Made by a program: the position numbers and the translations under genes
Source: Podarcis pityusensis
Taxonomy: Eukaryota
Reading direction: 5' to 3' (one strand)
Length of the DNA stretch: 64,000 bases
Assembly: GCA_964106645.2 (NCBI GenBank)
Contig: OZ067040.1
In this document: piece by piece, positions 50,258-63,636 of the stretch
Numbering within the stretch: the stretch's first letter is position 1
Layout of the letters: every line of letters begins with the position of its first letter
The notes under the pieces: generated by a model
Told to the model about the DNA's origin: nothing
The model's database searches: none
What the model saw: the letters and a program-made list of their open reading frames with translations, nothing else

Positions 50258-53200
50258 CTGTCAACCAAAAGGGAAGAAGAAATCAATTAACACATCATCT
50301 ATTCAAAATGCAGAGCCTTACTCTAAAACACCACCAGAATCAGAACCATCTCCTATACATAAGAAATCAATTTAAACAAAGAAGAAATCCATTTGGACTG
50401 ATTTATGTCCCAATATGACACATTCAAAATTATAAAAAGGTATAAACAATTATCTTCCATATCAGGGTACCGCAATATTGGCCCTTCTAGCTGTGACAAG
50501 CTGCCATCTCATGAGTTTAGTAGCCCTGAGGCAACTTTGTATATTCAGCTATTTGTAGTTCAAAATGCACATTTTAGAGAGCCCCACAATAATCTTTTAG
50601 TAGTAGCATAAGGGTGGGATACAACAGAACAAACTTTAAAGAAATATCCAATCACTTATATTTCACACAAACCAGGTTTGCACATCACACTAAACCAAAC
50701 CTTGGGAGAAGTCACTGCGGCCTCCAGCTCCTCCGCAGATGTGCTTCCTGAAGCCAGTTTCCAGAAGTCCCACAACGGAAGGAGAAAAAAGAGTGGTGAT
50801 GCACAGGGGCAAGGTAGGCTTTGCTTCTGTTTTTTGGTCCTACGCTCTGGTGTGAGCCAACTGAGTCACACCACAGGGAGAGATGAAAAAACATCCATCT
50901 TTTGGTCCCATGTTCTGGCAGGGCCAGAGCACAGAAGCCAGAATGGGACATCCAGGATTGGGATCAGAAGGCGTCAATCCAGGATGTCTCACATAAAATG
51001 GGACAGTTGCACCATATATGATTCAGGAAAGGAGAATACAAACTTTTGATTTTTAAATCCCAGTCCATTTCCTATGAAAATGTCTAAAAAAGACTTATTG
51101 CTAGTCTTCTCCAACATTTCAGAAGCATTATGTACTACAAAAGTATACATATACAACTACCTGCAGCTAAGAAGTTTTGTAATGTACATAGTCTTCTGGC
51201 GTCAGTAGCAGAGGAAGCTACTAGATTCAAAACCTTGTTCACCTTGAAAGAATACCAAATGGCCTTCAGACACAATTGCTAAGGCAAACCATGGCTTAGA
51301 CCCAGGTGACATGGTGGCAGCAGAACTAAGGCAGGAGCAATACAGCTGCAACCTTTGGCCTGGAAATATGCACATTTAGTTGTTTGTGATAAATCATGTT
51401 TTGGCTTAGCATTATGTGTGGCATGCTCACTATTTTTTTTAGTTACATAGCTCTTTTAATGGCTATCTGGAATAGAAAGATTTGGGAGTATACAGGTAGA
51501 AGCAAATTAAAATTATAGTCTTCAACTTAATGGGTTTCCGTTTATATTATGTAACAAAAAGGTTTCTTCTTCTTTCGGAAACACTATTACATTAAATTAT
51601 CTTAGTGATTAAAATTATTTTACAGACAGAGAATAAAAGTACAATGAATATTACATAATGAATTGATACTGTGTAACATACATTCACTACATATAAAATT
51701 ATATCAGTACATACTACAGACCCAAGAATATCCAGCTAAATATAAAGTAAAATAAAATGATTGCACCTAAGACTTAACTGGGAAGCACACAGTTGCTGAA
51801 TAACCTGTACTACAACACCCTCCCCAGACAAAACTACTGGAGTACAATCTAATAATTAGAACACAAAAGATGAAGGGGTAGAGTAGTAGACCATGACATC
51901 AACTTATCTGCTTCACAGAATCAAATGTTTGGAAACACATCTAAACTAGCCCACTAGAACTTCAGAAATTCTAAATAAATGTCTGCTGATAAAGGAACAG
52001 CAAGGGAGAATACATTTTAAAATTAAATCCACGAATGAGAATCCATTTCTAAGAATGCACAAAATAAGAGAAATCCTTCCCTGCCAACCTGACAAGACAA
52101 ATCTAGATCTGTAAACATACAAAATTATGAGCCATTATAACACCTAGCAATTCCTAGAGTTCCCTGGGAAGAGTGATTCAAAGAATTGCAGTTGCTTATG
52201 GAAACAGAGGTCTCCTAACAACTCTCAGCACCCTTAACAAATGACTTTTCCCAGGATTCTTTGGGGGATGCCATAACTGTTTAAAGTGGCACGATACTGT
52301 TTTAAATGTATAGTGCAGGTGGGGCTATAGATCTGTTAAGAAGCAGCTTTCTAAAAAGAACTATCATGCTCATGACAAAACAATAAAGGGGCAAAACTTG
52401 CAAGGAAGGATCCTTAGTGTTGAGAGACCTTTGCTGAATATAGGGACTGCTCACTGGTTCACTTTTAAGATCTGTCAAATTGGTGGGATTCACAGACAGA
52501 GACTTCAAAGTACAGTGGTCTCCACTTTATGGATCTCCCTCTCAAGGGATGTGCTGTGTTCAAAAAGACAAACACCTGTTTCATGTGGTTTTTAACACAT
52601 GTTATTTTATTGTATATACTTTTTATTGCTGTGGCTTTGGAAACTATTCTGTACTGCTGAATTATATTTTACTGTATTCTTGCTTGTTTGTTTCTGCAAT
52701 TTAATGTTTGAAACATCATGTTACATTATTGCAATTTTATGTTTATATTGTAGTACCCTGCCTTGAATAGACTTAATTCTAAGCAAATAGCTACGTGGAA
52801 AGGTAATGGTGGACTATTAAGTCCTGTGTGAAGCCTTCAGCCAATGAAAAGCAAGGTCTCAGTTGCAGTAAAGTGTTCTAGTGGGGAAACAACCTTTATT
52901 TCACTTCAAGGCAGGGTGGGTGCAGAGATTTACTGGAGTCCTGTTATCACGCATCCTCCAAAATTTTAAACTACAGACTATCAGGCTACATATTTCCTAG
53001 CTAATTTGTTCAGATTGTATTCAAAATTGCTGTACATCTTTGCTTCAAAATTTAAAAAAGGCAGTGCACAAACAGCAAACTTCCTGTTTAAAATTACATT
53101 CATTTAACTGTGTAAATCCCCTGTTCATAAACTATGAATAGGGATGGTTATGCGATCTATAAGCTTCAACTTCAACCACTAATGTAAAGAGTTAAGAAGT

Positions 53201-54479
53201 TTTTAGGACTCAAAATAGATGCACCTATTTTGCAGCTAATTTCCCCAAACTATTCTAAAATCAATTTTGCCAGCAATGTAGCCTCAACACAATGAGCTGA
53301 TCTCTGTAAAAGAACATTTCCTTCCGTTCATACAGCAAGCATCCTGCAAATAAACAATTTCCCATTCTGCTAACTGATTGCTTTTGTTTACATACAGGAA
53401 ACACAACTGGCAGCAAGAGCAGAAAGTGTTTCATTTCCTATCATACTGATGTGTACATGAAGCAGGTATTACAGTAGCAGGTACTGCTACGTTTGATGTC
53501 TTGTTTCAGAAGAAGCATGCTGATTAATGGCAATGTATTTGAGGACACAGAATGCTGCACTGGGGTGGGGGGGCGATATTTAACCTACCCATTAAAAACT
53601 TCACTTATTTCATTTGCAAGAGGGACAAAATAATACAAAATATACTGCAGTATAATAATAATAATTTATTATTTGTATTATGCAGATGAGGGAACCTAAG
53701 CCTCCCTCACTTTACCTCTCCACTTTCCATTGCTTCAAGAAGACCTTCTAGGCCAGGCCGACAAATGCCTGAAGAAACAAAGTATGGTGGCGGAGGGCGG
53801 GAGGAAAGACAAGGTACCCTTCCCTATTTGCACTCATTTTTAATATAAAAAGCAGCCTTTCATGCTCTCACTCCAATTTAATGTGGCGGCCCGAGTCACA
53901 TCTAGTGCTGATAACACATCTAAATCGAGCATTTCCTTGCTTCCCATTAGCCCTCAAACTATTCTTACCATAGTGAGGACAAACAACTGTAAGGATTTAC
54001 AAGGATTCTTAACTTTGTCATGTCCCTTATAATCCAAAGCATCTTTAAATGGTCAGTCAGCCAACAGCTCAGGAACTGAATAAAGTCAATAGATGCATAC
54101 CAAGGCTGAGTTCAGAGCAGGAACTGGGTATGCAGAAAGGTCTGCTGGACACCTGAGAACCATGGACACTGTGGCAAGCTGCATTTAACAGTGACGGGAA
54201 CACCGTAAAGCATACACATGAGGAGTTCTGCCATAGTGGCTCATGTTTAAGAATTCTTTAACATGGATTCACTCAAATACTTGGCTTGTCCTCTCTCACC
54301 TCTCTTACCTAGTCCTTTCTACAATGTATTTCAGTTCCTTAATTTCACAATATGTATAACCTGACCTGTAGTGTGCAGCTGTTATCTGTTCTATATGAAC
54401 TTCTTTCTTCTGCCTGTGGTCCATCTGTTCTCTGTTTGTGATGGCCTTGATTCACTATTCTCCCCTAGGCAGGACATGA

Positions 54480-55435
54480 ATACAACATCACACTCCCCCC
54501 ACTTGTGCTTTCCAGCAACTGACATTCAGGGCCATATTGCCTCCAATACTGGAGGAGGCAACTAATAGCCTTATTCTCCATGAACTTTTCTTTTAAAGGT
54601 GAGTAGTTTAGTGGAAATCACTACATCTTGTGGGAACAATTTCCAGTTTAACTGAATTAAGTACTTTTTTTCATCTGTCATAAATCTTCCAACATGCAGC
54701 TTCATTGGATGGCCCCCACTCTAGTATTGTGAGGGGATGGCAACTTCTGTCCATCCACTTTTTCCTACAACTCTGTCATGTCCAAATGTTGTAATCTTTC
54801 CTCATAGGAGAGTTGTTCCAATCCCTTGATCATTTTGGCTGCCTTAATCTGAACCTTCTCCAACTCTACGTCTTTTTTTGAGGTATGAAGACCAGAACTG
54901 AACACAGTATTCCAAGTGTGATTTCATGACAGATTTGTATAATGGCATTATGATACTAATTGTTTTCTTTTCAATCCTTTTCCTAATTATCACTAACATG
55001 AAATTCACATTTCTATAGTTAAGTTGACATCTTCATTGAGTTATCCACTACAACTCCAAGATCACTTTACTGCTCAAACCACTGCAAAGTCACATATCTG
55101 TGAAGTTAGGCTTTTTGTTCCAGTGTGCATCACTTTACATTTTCTTACATTTAATCACATCTAATGCCCATTACTCAGTTTGGAGATTTCATTTTGGATT
55201 CCTCAAAATCCCTTTTTATTTTAACCATAAGACTAATCCTTACACAAATCACACTGATTCTTCATCAGCAAAACTTGTTCCTCAAGACTTGCTCAGTAAT
55301 TTCCAGGAATAGATGTTAAACTAACCAGATTGCCATTTCTCAGATCACTCCTGGATCCTGCCTCCCTCTTTTAAAGTTGCATTGGCCTCTTTCCAGTCCT
55401 CAAGTATAGAGGCTGATCTTACAGACAAATTACAC
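54480..55435 (-). mobile_element. Old CR1 LINE 3' fragment(s) (boundaries approximate)
   Basis: The reverse complement of GACCAGAACTGAACACAGTATTCCAAGTGTG and CCCTTGATCATTTTGG matches the plus-strand CR1 text at ~60857-60955 of this window (CACACTTGGAATACTGTGTCCAATTCTGG, CCAAGATGATCAAGGG). Confidence 0.75.
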
Positions 55436-55436
55436 T

Positions 55437-55676
55437 GGGTTATATCCAATAGTGTTGATCAGCTGACAGCAAGGCTTCTGTCAGAAGAATGGAGAGAATT
55501 GTTTTTTTCACAATTCCCCTCCACATTCCCCTTAAATTTGCTCAAGCTGACCCCTCCAGAGCAATTTTGGAGGAACTTGGGAGCTGCAGGGAGGAGTGGG
55601 GTTCACTGAAAATTGTTTTTCTCCCCATTCTTCTGATAGATGTTTTACTATCAGCTGAGCAACACAGTTGGATATC
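55437..55676. mobile_element. Foldback element
   Basis: Long imperfect inverted arms: ATATCCAATAGTGTTGATCAGCTGA...CTGTCAGAAGAATGG vs CCATTCTTCTGATAG...TCAGCTGAGCAACACAGTTGGATAT. Confidence 0.65.
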
Positions 55677-58600
55677 TTCTAACAAAAGTATAGCTCATAA
55701 ACAAGTTCATATTTGAGTTCTTTAAGAACTCTTGGGTGGATGTCATCTGTCCTTACATAGTTGCCTATCTCACTTGTCTTGACTTGTCATCACTGAGGCT
55801 GAAATGCTTCATCAGCTGAGGCCCCCCCCCCCGTCCCCTAACATGCTTGGGCAGTGCCACAATCACAAGACAACTTTAATCAGAAATATAAGGAATGATA
55901 AATATATGAATCAAGTACACTGACTGTTGCAATTGACCTGAAAAAGAGTTACAACAGTTGAATATTTAGTCGTGGTAACTGCAAGATTTGGGCCAAAATC
56001 TTGCCTCGAAATCTTCTAGAACATAGATGGTCATTATTGAATCAAGTAGCATTGTGAAAGCCATTAGTTAAGGATTTATGGTAAAGCTTCTAGAAAGAAG
56101 CTGGTCAAGATCTCAAGCAGGCTACTAAGATTCAACACAGTAAGCACATCTCAGTAAATAATCATTCTACCATTCCCTATGTTTTTGAAGTCCAGGCTGT
56201 GAGCACTAATAGCCAAAAACAGCATAATCCACACATAACATTGATATATTAGTGGGCTTGGGAGAGCCCAAGTTGCTCAGAAGTACAAAAATGCTTAGGA
56301 GATAAAAACCAAGAGGGAAACACAAAATAATCCAATGAGAACTACGCTTACTCAATGGCCAATAAATACTGACTGATAGTTGAAGGGAAGGGTAGAAAAC
56401 CAGAGGAGACATGAATTGAGTTGTGTTATCATGCATTGGAGCATGGATGAGTGATAGTAACAGTGAACAGAACTCGCAAAGCTACAACATTTTGCTTCAG
56501 ATCTCTTGTGTATTACAAACAAGCACTGCACCATTGACAGCTCATTTGTATTAATCATAGTCTGAATATGTGAGTGTCTATGTAGAGAATTATTACTAAG
56601 CACAATTACATAAAAGAATAAATTGAAAGTTTGTGAGAACATACAAAATAATCCTGTAGATGCCTTTCCTTTCAGTGACTTACTATATTGTTATAGACAG
56701 AAGGGGGGGGGATCTGTACTGTGTGTAGTTGAAACTAAGTGACCTTGATCTAGCTGCTCAAGCATCAAACTACCTTTGTTGGATAGGCAGAAGTAGAATA
56801 ACTTTCCAACTGCCACAGCTTGTGATGAAAATACGCAATCTGCAGCTGTTCAACTACACTACCTACCAAAATCAAGTGAATGCTAAAAATGCACACACAC
56901 CAGTACTTAATGTTATTTTTAAAAGCAGCTGTTATTTTGAAATGTCATTAACTCCTATAGTATTTATGCTATGCTTTAGAAAAAGCTATTTACAACTATA
57001 ATTGTTGCTTTTAAGATGGAAGCAAGTGATTAAATCACACCATGTGAAACATATATAGAACACATCATCTTCTCACTGAAGTTTTTTTGAAGGCCATACT
57101 AAATAAATCTATTTAAGGCAAATATCTATCATGATCATTTTAACGAAGCTTATAAATTTCTTATACATTAATGAACTAATTTCAAGGTTCCACAATACAG
57201 GTTACAATTCTGACTACACTGGGCTTATATATATGAGCAATTCACTGGGAACATTTATGCAAGCAACCCTGGATGTAGCATGCAACCATTCATATAGTTG
57301 CAATGGCATTTGTGCCAGAGACATTTCCACTAAACGGTGTCCTCAGTAGCAATAAGAAATAATGTGTTAACAAATGGTAGACCTTACTATAGGTTACTAT
57401 GTGTTATAAGACCTTTTAAAGGGGATTATTTATTACACTTTTAACAAATACTATTCTTTAGGGTTTTCACAACTTCACTCCTATCTACGTTGAACTTTTA
57501 CAATACATATTCTGAAAAATATTTTAAACAAAATCTGTAAATACTTTGTTTTGCATGCTATTCCATCTATGAAAACCCCTGATTCTACTTTATTCCCACC
57601 TCTTAAAATTCTTGTCTCACCACAATGCTGTCTACATCTTATCCATCCATGCACTTCCTTGCCAGTCCCCTCTCCAACCCCCATATGTGGCCAACTCTGG
57701 AAATTGTATATTAACATCACATTTGTTTTCCCTCTTTTAAACAAAGCACCACTCAACACAATCATTTGTAGTGGTACAGCTGGTATACGAAGCCCATGGA
57801 GGACAATTGTACTGCTGGTCAAACAGCAAATGTGTTAGCTTACCTCAAATGGCTCAGCAAGAATAATCTTCTTGCTGGAATGTTGCTTAGAGGTTACAGT
57901 AGAAAAATGAAACCATGTACTGTATTTGCATGTAAGCCACAATTGAGATTTCAGTAGGACAGAGTTTATTTCCATGTTAGTGAAAGATGTTTGAATAAAT
58001 TGTCTAAACCAAGATGCAATACATTAATGGCAGGGTCCATCATCTGGTGATAAAATCAGCCTCATTAGGAAGTTGAAAGAGCAAGTGATGACTCAACAGC
58101 TTACTTTAACTCTGTCTAGGAACTTGGTTTAATTTTCATCTTACTTATCAATGAAATTAAATTCTACCTCTAGGTTTCTCTCCTATCCTTTTATTTTCAC
58201 TCCTCAACTTCCCAACAAAGCTTTCTTCCCAACTTTGAAGCTTTAGTGGTGAGTGGAGGTCATCCAGACAAGTGTGTGGTTATGTCTGCCACCTCCAAAA
58301 TTGTAAGGAATGATGGAAATTAGCAGCTGCATTGCCAAAATGTCTGATGAGCCTTGGCCACACAGGGCCAAACCAACAACCCCCACACTGGTTCTTCCTG
58401 CTTTGGAACAGGAATGGAATGCACTGGGGAGGGCTGGATGCTATTTTCTGAAGGCACTCAGAGTGTTTTCAAACCAGCAGTGCCAAACCTGGTACACTTC
58501 CTACTGGTCTTTTCTTTGAAAAATACCTGTTGGATTATTGTCCAGAGAGAAGAGGGCTGGAGGCTTGATTGGGTGGTGTGTGTCTAGTAGCTAGACTTAT

Positions 58601-59838
58601 TTGGCTTGGTGAGCAACGCCAACCAAAAATGGTAGACCCCTGTCCTTTACACATTCCAACCATGTAGATGCTGACACTATTACAACGACCTAAACCCACT
58701 GCTCTTTATCAAGCCACATATATCTGGAGAGGTGCCTTATTTTCAGTACTGTAAGTCTCAAGCTGGAAGCTTACTGATTAGATCAATTGTGCCCCTTGTG
58801 CTAAGGCTGACAAGAGCATTCTCTCTGAATGCTTCACTACCCAGACAATCCATTGTTTCTCTGACCTGCCTTAAATACTTCCAGATCAGGCCTGATCAAC
58901 AGCCAGATGTTGGTCTTATTTCCATTTGGCTGTAGTCTACCTCTAGTTGCCTCTGCTTGTCAGCTTGCAAATACTTTCTCACTTCCCTGCTTTTTCCCCT
59001 CTGAGTCTTCCAAATTTCTTGCCCACCTACCTTCCAGGCAGTTCACTGCTTGACTGCAACCCTGCTTCAGCCTCTCTAAATGGAATAAATTGACCTCCCT
59101 ATGCTGTGTTCATTTGATATCTACATCTTAAAATGTTCCTAGAACCTTCTGTAATACTCCACAGATATCTGTTCTATTCAGTCCTCATCTTGCTAGGACT
59201 TTCCACATGCCATGCTGTTTTGCAACAAATATAAAGGGATAAATCCTAAACATACAAGCTATTTCAATGAAGTTTCTTCTAATTTCAACACAAATTGAGC
59301 CCAGTACTCTATTCTGCATCTCTAATAAATAAAGGAAGACATACTGCTTATGGGTCACTGATATTTAAATACAATTATGTATGTGGGTATTCAATTCTAA
59401 TCAGAACATTCTTATTGTATCTGTATTTTTCTTCCCTATACCATAACTTCATTCTCCAGCTCTCCATTTTCTGGATGCTTTGCCACACTGGTATTTGAAA
59501 AGCTAAAAAGGCACAAAAGAAGCACTAAATACTGTACTATGATCCTATGCAGCAGAAGGTATGCCCACATTGCCAGACCAACACTTCTCTCCGTAAACTG
59601 CTCCCAACTTTGCTGCTACAATGACCAGCTGGAGATACTATAGAACACTTCTCATGTTAATAAATGTTCAAAGTCACCTAACATGACTATTTATTTATTA
59701 TACATGTTTTATTCATGTTGAACAGCTGTCAGTTGTAGGGGTTCTTTTTCTTCTTACTACAGTTCTTACTACAGAATACTTATGCAGGAGTGTGTGACTA
59801 TACAGAGTGGTTCACACTGTGTAGACAGTGAAGTACAT

Positions 59839-61352
59839 GTTATGATATTCTTGTGAGGAAACTGGTAAAATGTGGGTTGAACGAGGTGGATTTGTAGCTG
59901 GCTGACTCAACCCAAAGAGTACTCATTAATGGTTCCTTGTCAACTGGGGAAAAAGTGACAAGTGGGGTGCCACACTGTTCTGTCCTGGGCCCATTATTGT
60001 TTAACGTCTTTATAAATGACTTGGATGAAGGAATTGAGGGGATGCTCATCAAATTTGCAGATGACACCAAACTGCGAGGGGTAACTAATGCTGCAGAAGA
60101 CAGAATCAGAATTCAAAATGACCATAACAGATTGGAGAACTGGACACAAGCTAACAAAATAAATTTCAATAGGGACAAATGTAAGGTCCTACACTTAGGC
60201 AGGAAGAACCAGATGCACAAGCTTAACTTGAGTCAACAGTGTGATGCAGCAGCAAAAAAACTAACACTATACTAGGCTGCATCAACAGAAGTACAGTGTC
60301 CAGATCAAAGGAAGCAATTGTTGCTGTTGTTTAGTCGTATCCGACTCTTCATGACCCCATGGACCAGAGCACGCCAGGCACTTCTGTCCTCCACTGCCTC
60401 CCGCAGTATGGACAGACTCATGCTGGTAGCTTCGAGAATACCATCCAACCATCTCATCCTCTGTCGTCCCCTTCTCCTTGTGCCCTCCATCTTTCCCAGC
60501 ATCAGGGTCTTTTCCAGGGAGTCTTCTCTTCCCATGAGGTGACCAAAGTATTGGAGCCTCAACTTCACGATCTGTCCTTCCAGTGAGCACTCAGGGCTGA
60601 TTTCCTTAAGAATGGATAGGTTTGATCTTCTTGCAGTCCATGGGACTCTCAAGAGTCTCCTCCAGCACCATAATTCAAAAGCATCAATTCTTCGGCGATC
60701 AGCCTTCTTTATGGTCCAGCTCTCACTTCCATACATCACTACTGGGAAAACCATAGCTTTTACTATACGGACCTTTGTTGGCAAGGTGATGTCTCTACTT
60801 TTTAGGATGCTGTCTAGGTTTGTCATTGCAAGGAAGCAATTATGCCTTGGTCAAGCCACACTTGGAATACTGTGTCCAATTCTGGGCACCACAATTTAAG
60901 AAGGATGTTGAGAAGCTGGAATGTGTGTAGAGGAGGGCAACCAAGATGATCAAGGGTCTGGAAATGAAGCCTTACAAGGAGTGCTTGAAGGAGCTGGATA
61001 TGTTTAGCCTGGAAAAGAGGAGACTAAGAGGAGATATGATAGCCATCTTCAAATATCTTAAGAGCTGTCACATGTAAGAGGGAACATGCTTGTTTTCTCC
61101 TGTTCTGGAGGGTAGGACTCGAACCAATGGCTTCAAGTTACATGAAAGAAGATTCTGACTAAACATTTGGAAAAAGTTTCTGACAGTAACAGCTTTTCAA
61201 CAGTGGAACCCCATAAGAGGTGGTGGACTTTCCTTCATTGGAAGTTTTAAAGCAGAGGTTGGATGGCCATATGTCATGGATGCTTTAGCTGAGATTCCTG
61301 CATTGCAGGGGGTTGGACAAGATGACCCTTGGGTCCCTTCCACCTCTATGAT
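59839..61352 (+). mobile_element. CR1 LINE 3' portion (RT pseudogene fragment plus 3'UTR), interrupted by BovB
   Basis: ORF 59937..60275 encodes VTSGVPHCSVLGPLLFNVFINDLDEGIEGMLIKFADDTKL (CR1-type RT, FADD motif). The 3' end GGTCCCTTCCACCTCTATGATT is typical of CR1. Confidence 0.92.
60320..60829 (-). mobile_element. BovB (RTE-clade LINE), 5'-truncated insertion of about 510 bp
   Basis: Uninterrupted [72 protein letters not shown]...; (CAA)-like tail; 12-bp TSD AAGGAAGCAATT (60308-60319 and 60830-60841). Confidence 0.95.
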
Positions 61353-62612
61353 TATAATTCTCACCCAATTAAAGAAAGTCAAATAACTACAAGAGTTTGG
61401 AAGAACAATCCTACCCCCCCCCCCATTCACTGACTGGAGGAGGCGCTGGTGAAGAGCTGCACTTGTAGATAGGCACATCTGCTGCACAGCCCCCTGCTGC
61501 ACACTGGCAGATACTTCTATGAGCATAGTTCTACTGCTGGCAGTAGACAATGGTAGGCCCTGAGATGGTTCATTCCAGGCGTGGGGTAGAGGCAGTCTTC
61601 AATCTGAAACCTTCAGGATCATAATCATCAACAATGCCAGTTTGGAACTGGCATAATTAATTATCCTGCATTGGTTATTTTTTATTTTTTGGAGGGGGGC
61701 ATTTTATTAAAAGGAGATCCACCAAGGACAGACAAAAAAACTTGTCCAACCCTGTCCAGCACAACCTTGGAAACACTTCTTCCTCTACTGTTACTAGAAG
61801 TATTTACACAGGAGCAAATAAACATCTACTCAATTAGTTGGGGGGACTTTTTACTTCATCAGTAAGTTTTAAAATCAATTCTTCCACAACTTTTTGTAAA
61901 TGCTGCATTTATTTAATTTAGTGCCATCAATGTACATGGGGCAGACATTTCAAAACTCTGATTAAACAAGTGTTTCTCACACATCAAAATAGCTTGACAA
62001 AATATTCTAACTAATAAAAATTCAAAGAAAACTGAAAAGATAGGAGTTTGCAAGATTGAAATTATGTTAATGAATTACAAAAGTACAGGTAGGCAACTTT
62101 TATTCCAGAAATTTATTCCGTTGCAAATTAACAGATGATGTCAAATATTCTGAGTGTCTTCTATAAAAGCCAAATGAGCTGATTACTTACAAGACACCTG
62201 CCAATCAACCCTGACAAATCCAGAAACATGGACCTGGATACACAAACCTAACTAAAGTGCATGAATAAGAGCACAGAAAATGTAAGTAGCTTTTACAAAC
62301 AGAATGTAAACAATTTGACTTATTGTAGTCATGTTATAAAGCATACCAAGTGAGTAGATTATACTCTAACCCTCTGTCAGGTCTAGGGATAGACATGACA
62401 CTGAAGTACATTTTATAATGAGGCCAAATCATACATGTAAAGTAACATCCATCAAGACAATTTCAGTTCTAACATTCAATGATGGAATTTCCAATGTGAG
62501 AAACAACAAGCAGAAGCAGAAGTGGCCAACTATTTCAATCTACTTCTTGTAGCATCAACCTACAAGAAAAGCCTACTACTGGGTAACAGACAACATTAGT
62601 CACAGCCTGCAT

Positions 62613-62657
62613 AAACCAACCAACCAACCAACCAACCAAATAAATAAATAAATAAAT
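62613..62657. repeat. Compound (AACC)n(AAAT)n microsatellite
   Basis: Directly visible. Confidence 0.9.
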
Positions 62658-63132
62658 ATTTACTCCAGTCTTGAAACTTATGCAACTCAAACCTGTGGAT
62701 GCTTAGAAGTAACTCCCACTAACAGCAGTTGGACTTTCTCCCTAAGAAGCATGCCTAGGGTTAGGGCAGAGCAATTAAAACTGGAGCTAGGATGGCACTG
62801 ACCAGTCAATTGACCACTACAACTGCAGCCCTATAGCTCCCTGACAGCCAGAGTAGAAGACATGAGGCAATAATCCTCTGCTTTTAGCTGTGCCAACTCC
62901 AAGCTGACACAGCAGAGGAGCCCATATTAGGCCCCTTGTCAGGAAATGGGGCAGTTTTGAATACACTGAATTGGACACTTCACAACTTTAATACCTCATT
63001 TGGGGGCTTTATTATGGCTGCCAGGGGCAGGAACATTGCGCTTGGTCAGAGTGTACAATGGGGGCCTCCACAGTGGCAAAGCTTACCCCATAGCAGAGCC
63101 GAGAAAACTTATGCCTTATTCTAACCCCTTCC

Positions 63133-63220
63133 TCTTGAAGACAGGAGTGCCTAGCGTGCTCTGGTCCATGGGGTCACGAAGAGTCGGACACGACTAAACG
63201 ACTAAACAACAACAACAACA
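63133..63220 (+). mobile_element. Extremely 5'-truncated BovB (or BovB-tailed SINE) insertion, 88 bp
   Basis: GAAGACAGGAGTGCCTAGCGTGCTCTGGTCCATGGGGTCACGAAGAGTCGGACACGACTAAAC followed by (AAC)n; matches the 3' end of the BovB at 60320; 10-bp TSD AACCCCTTCC (63123-63132 and 63221-63230). Confidence 0.9.
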
Positions 63221-63389
63221 AACCCCTTCCAGTATCAAATATTGGGATTTAAGATTCTTCACTAGGCCTACAGAGGAACTCCCAAGAATGCTTATTAGGA
63301 AATTCTATTGAAATTGACAAGACTTCCTTCCAAGTGAATATTCAGAATCATAATATTGGAAGTAATGAATGATGAAGTGTGCCTAAGCC

Positions 63390-63636
63390 ATGCGTCTCTC
63401 CTGAGGGTGAGGCGGCGGGTGGACTGCCTGCAAGCTCTGCACTGCTTTTTTGAGCAGCGCAGGGCTTGCGTCTGCCCACCACCTCAGCCACCTTATAGCT
63501 GAGGGGGAGGCTGCGGAGAGGCTTCACGCAGCGCGCCCTGCCTTGGCTCGCCCCGCCCCCATGGGCGGTTCACTTTGCACCCAGCTGCAGTGCGCGTGCG
63601 CCGCACCAGGCACCCAAATGGCTAGCTACACTGCTA
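63390..63636. promoter_or_regulatory. Small GC/CpG-rich promoter-like patch (GC box, NRF1-like site), possibly transposon-borne
   Basis: GCCCCGCCCCC at 63550-63560 and TGCGCGTGCGC at 63591-63601, with sharp boundaries against AT-rich flanks. Confidence 0.4.
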
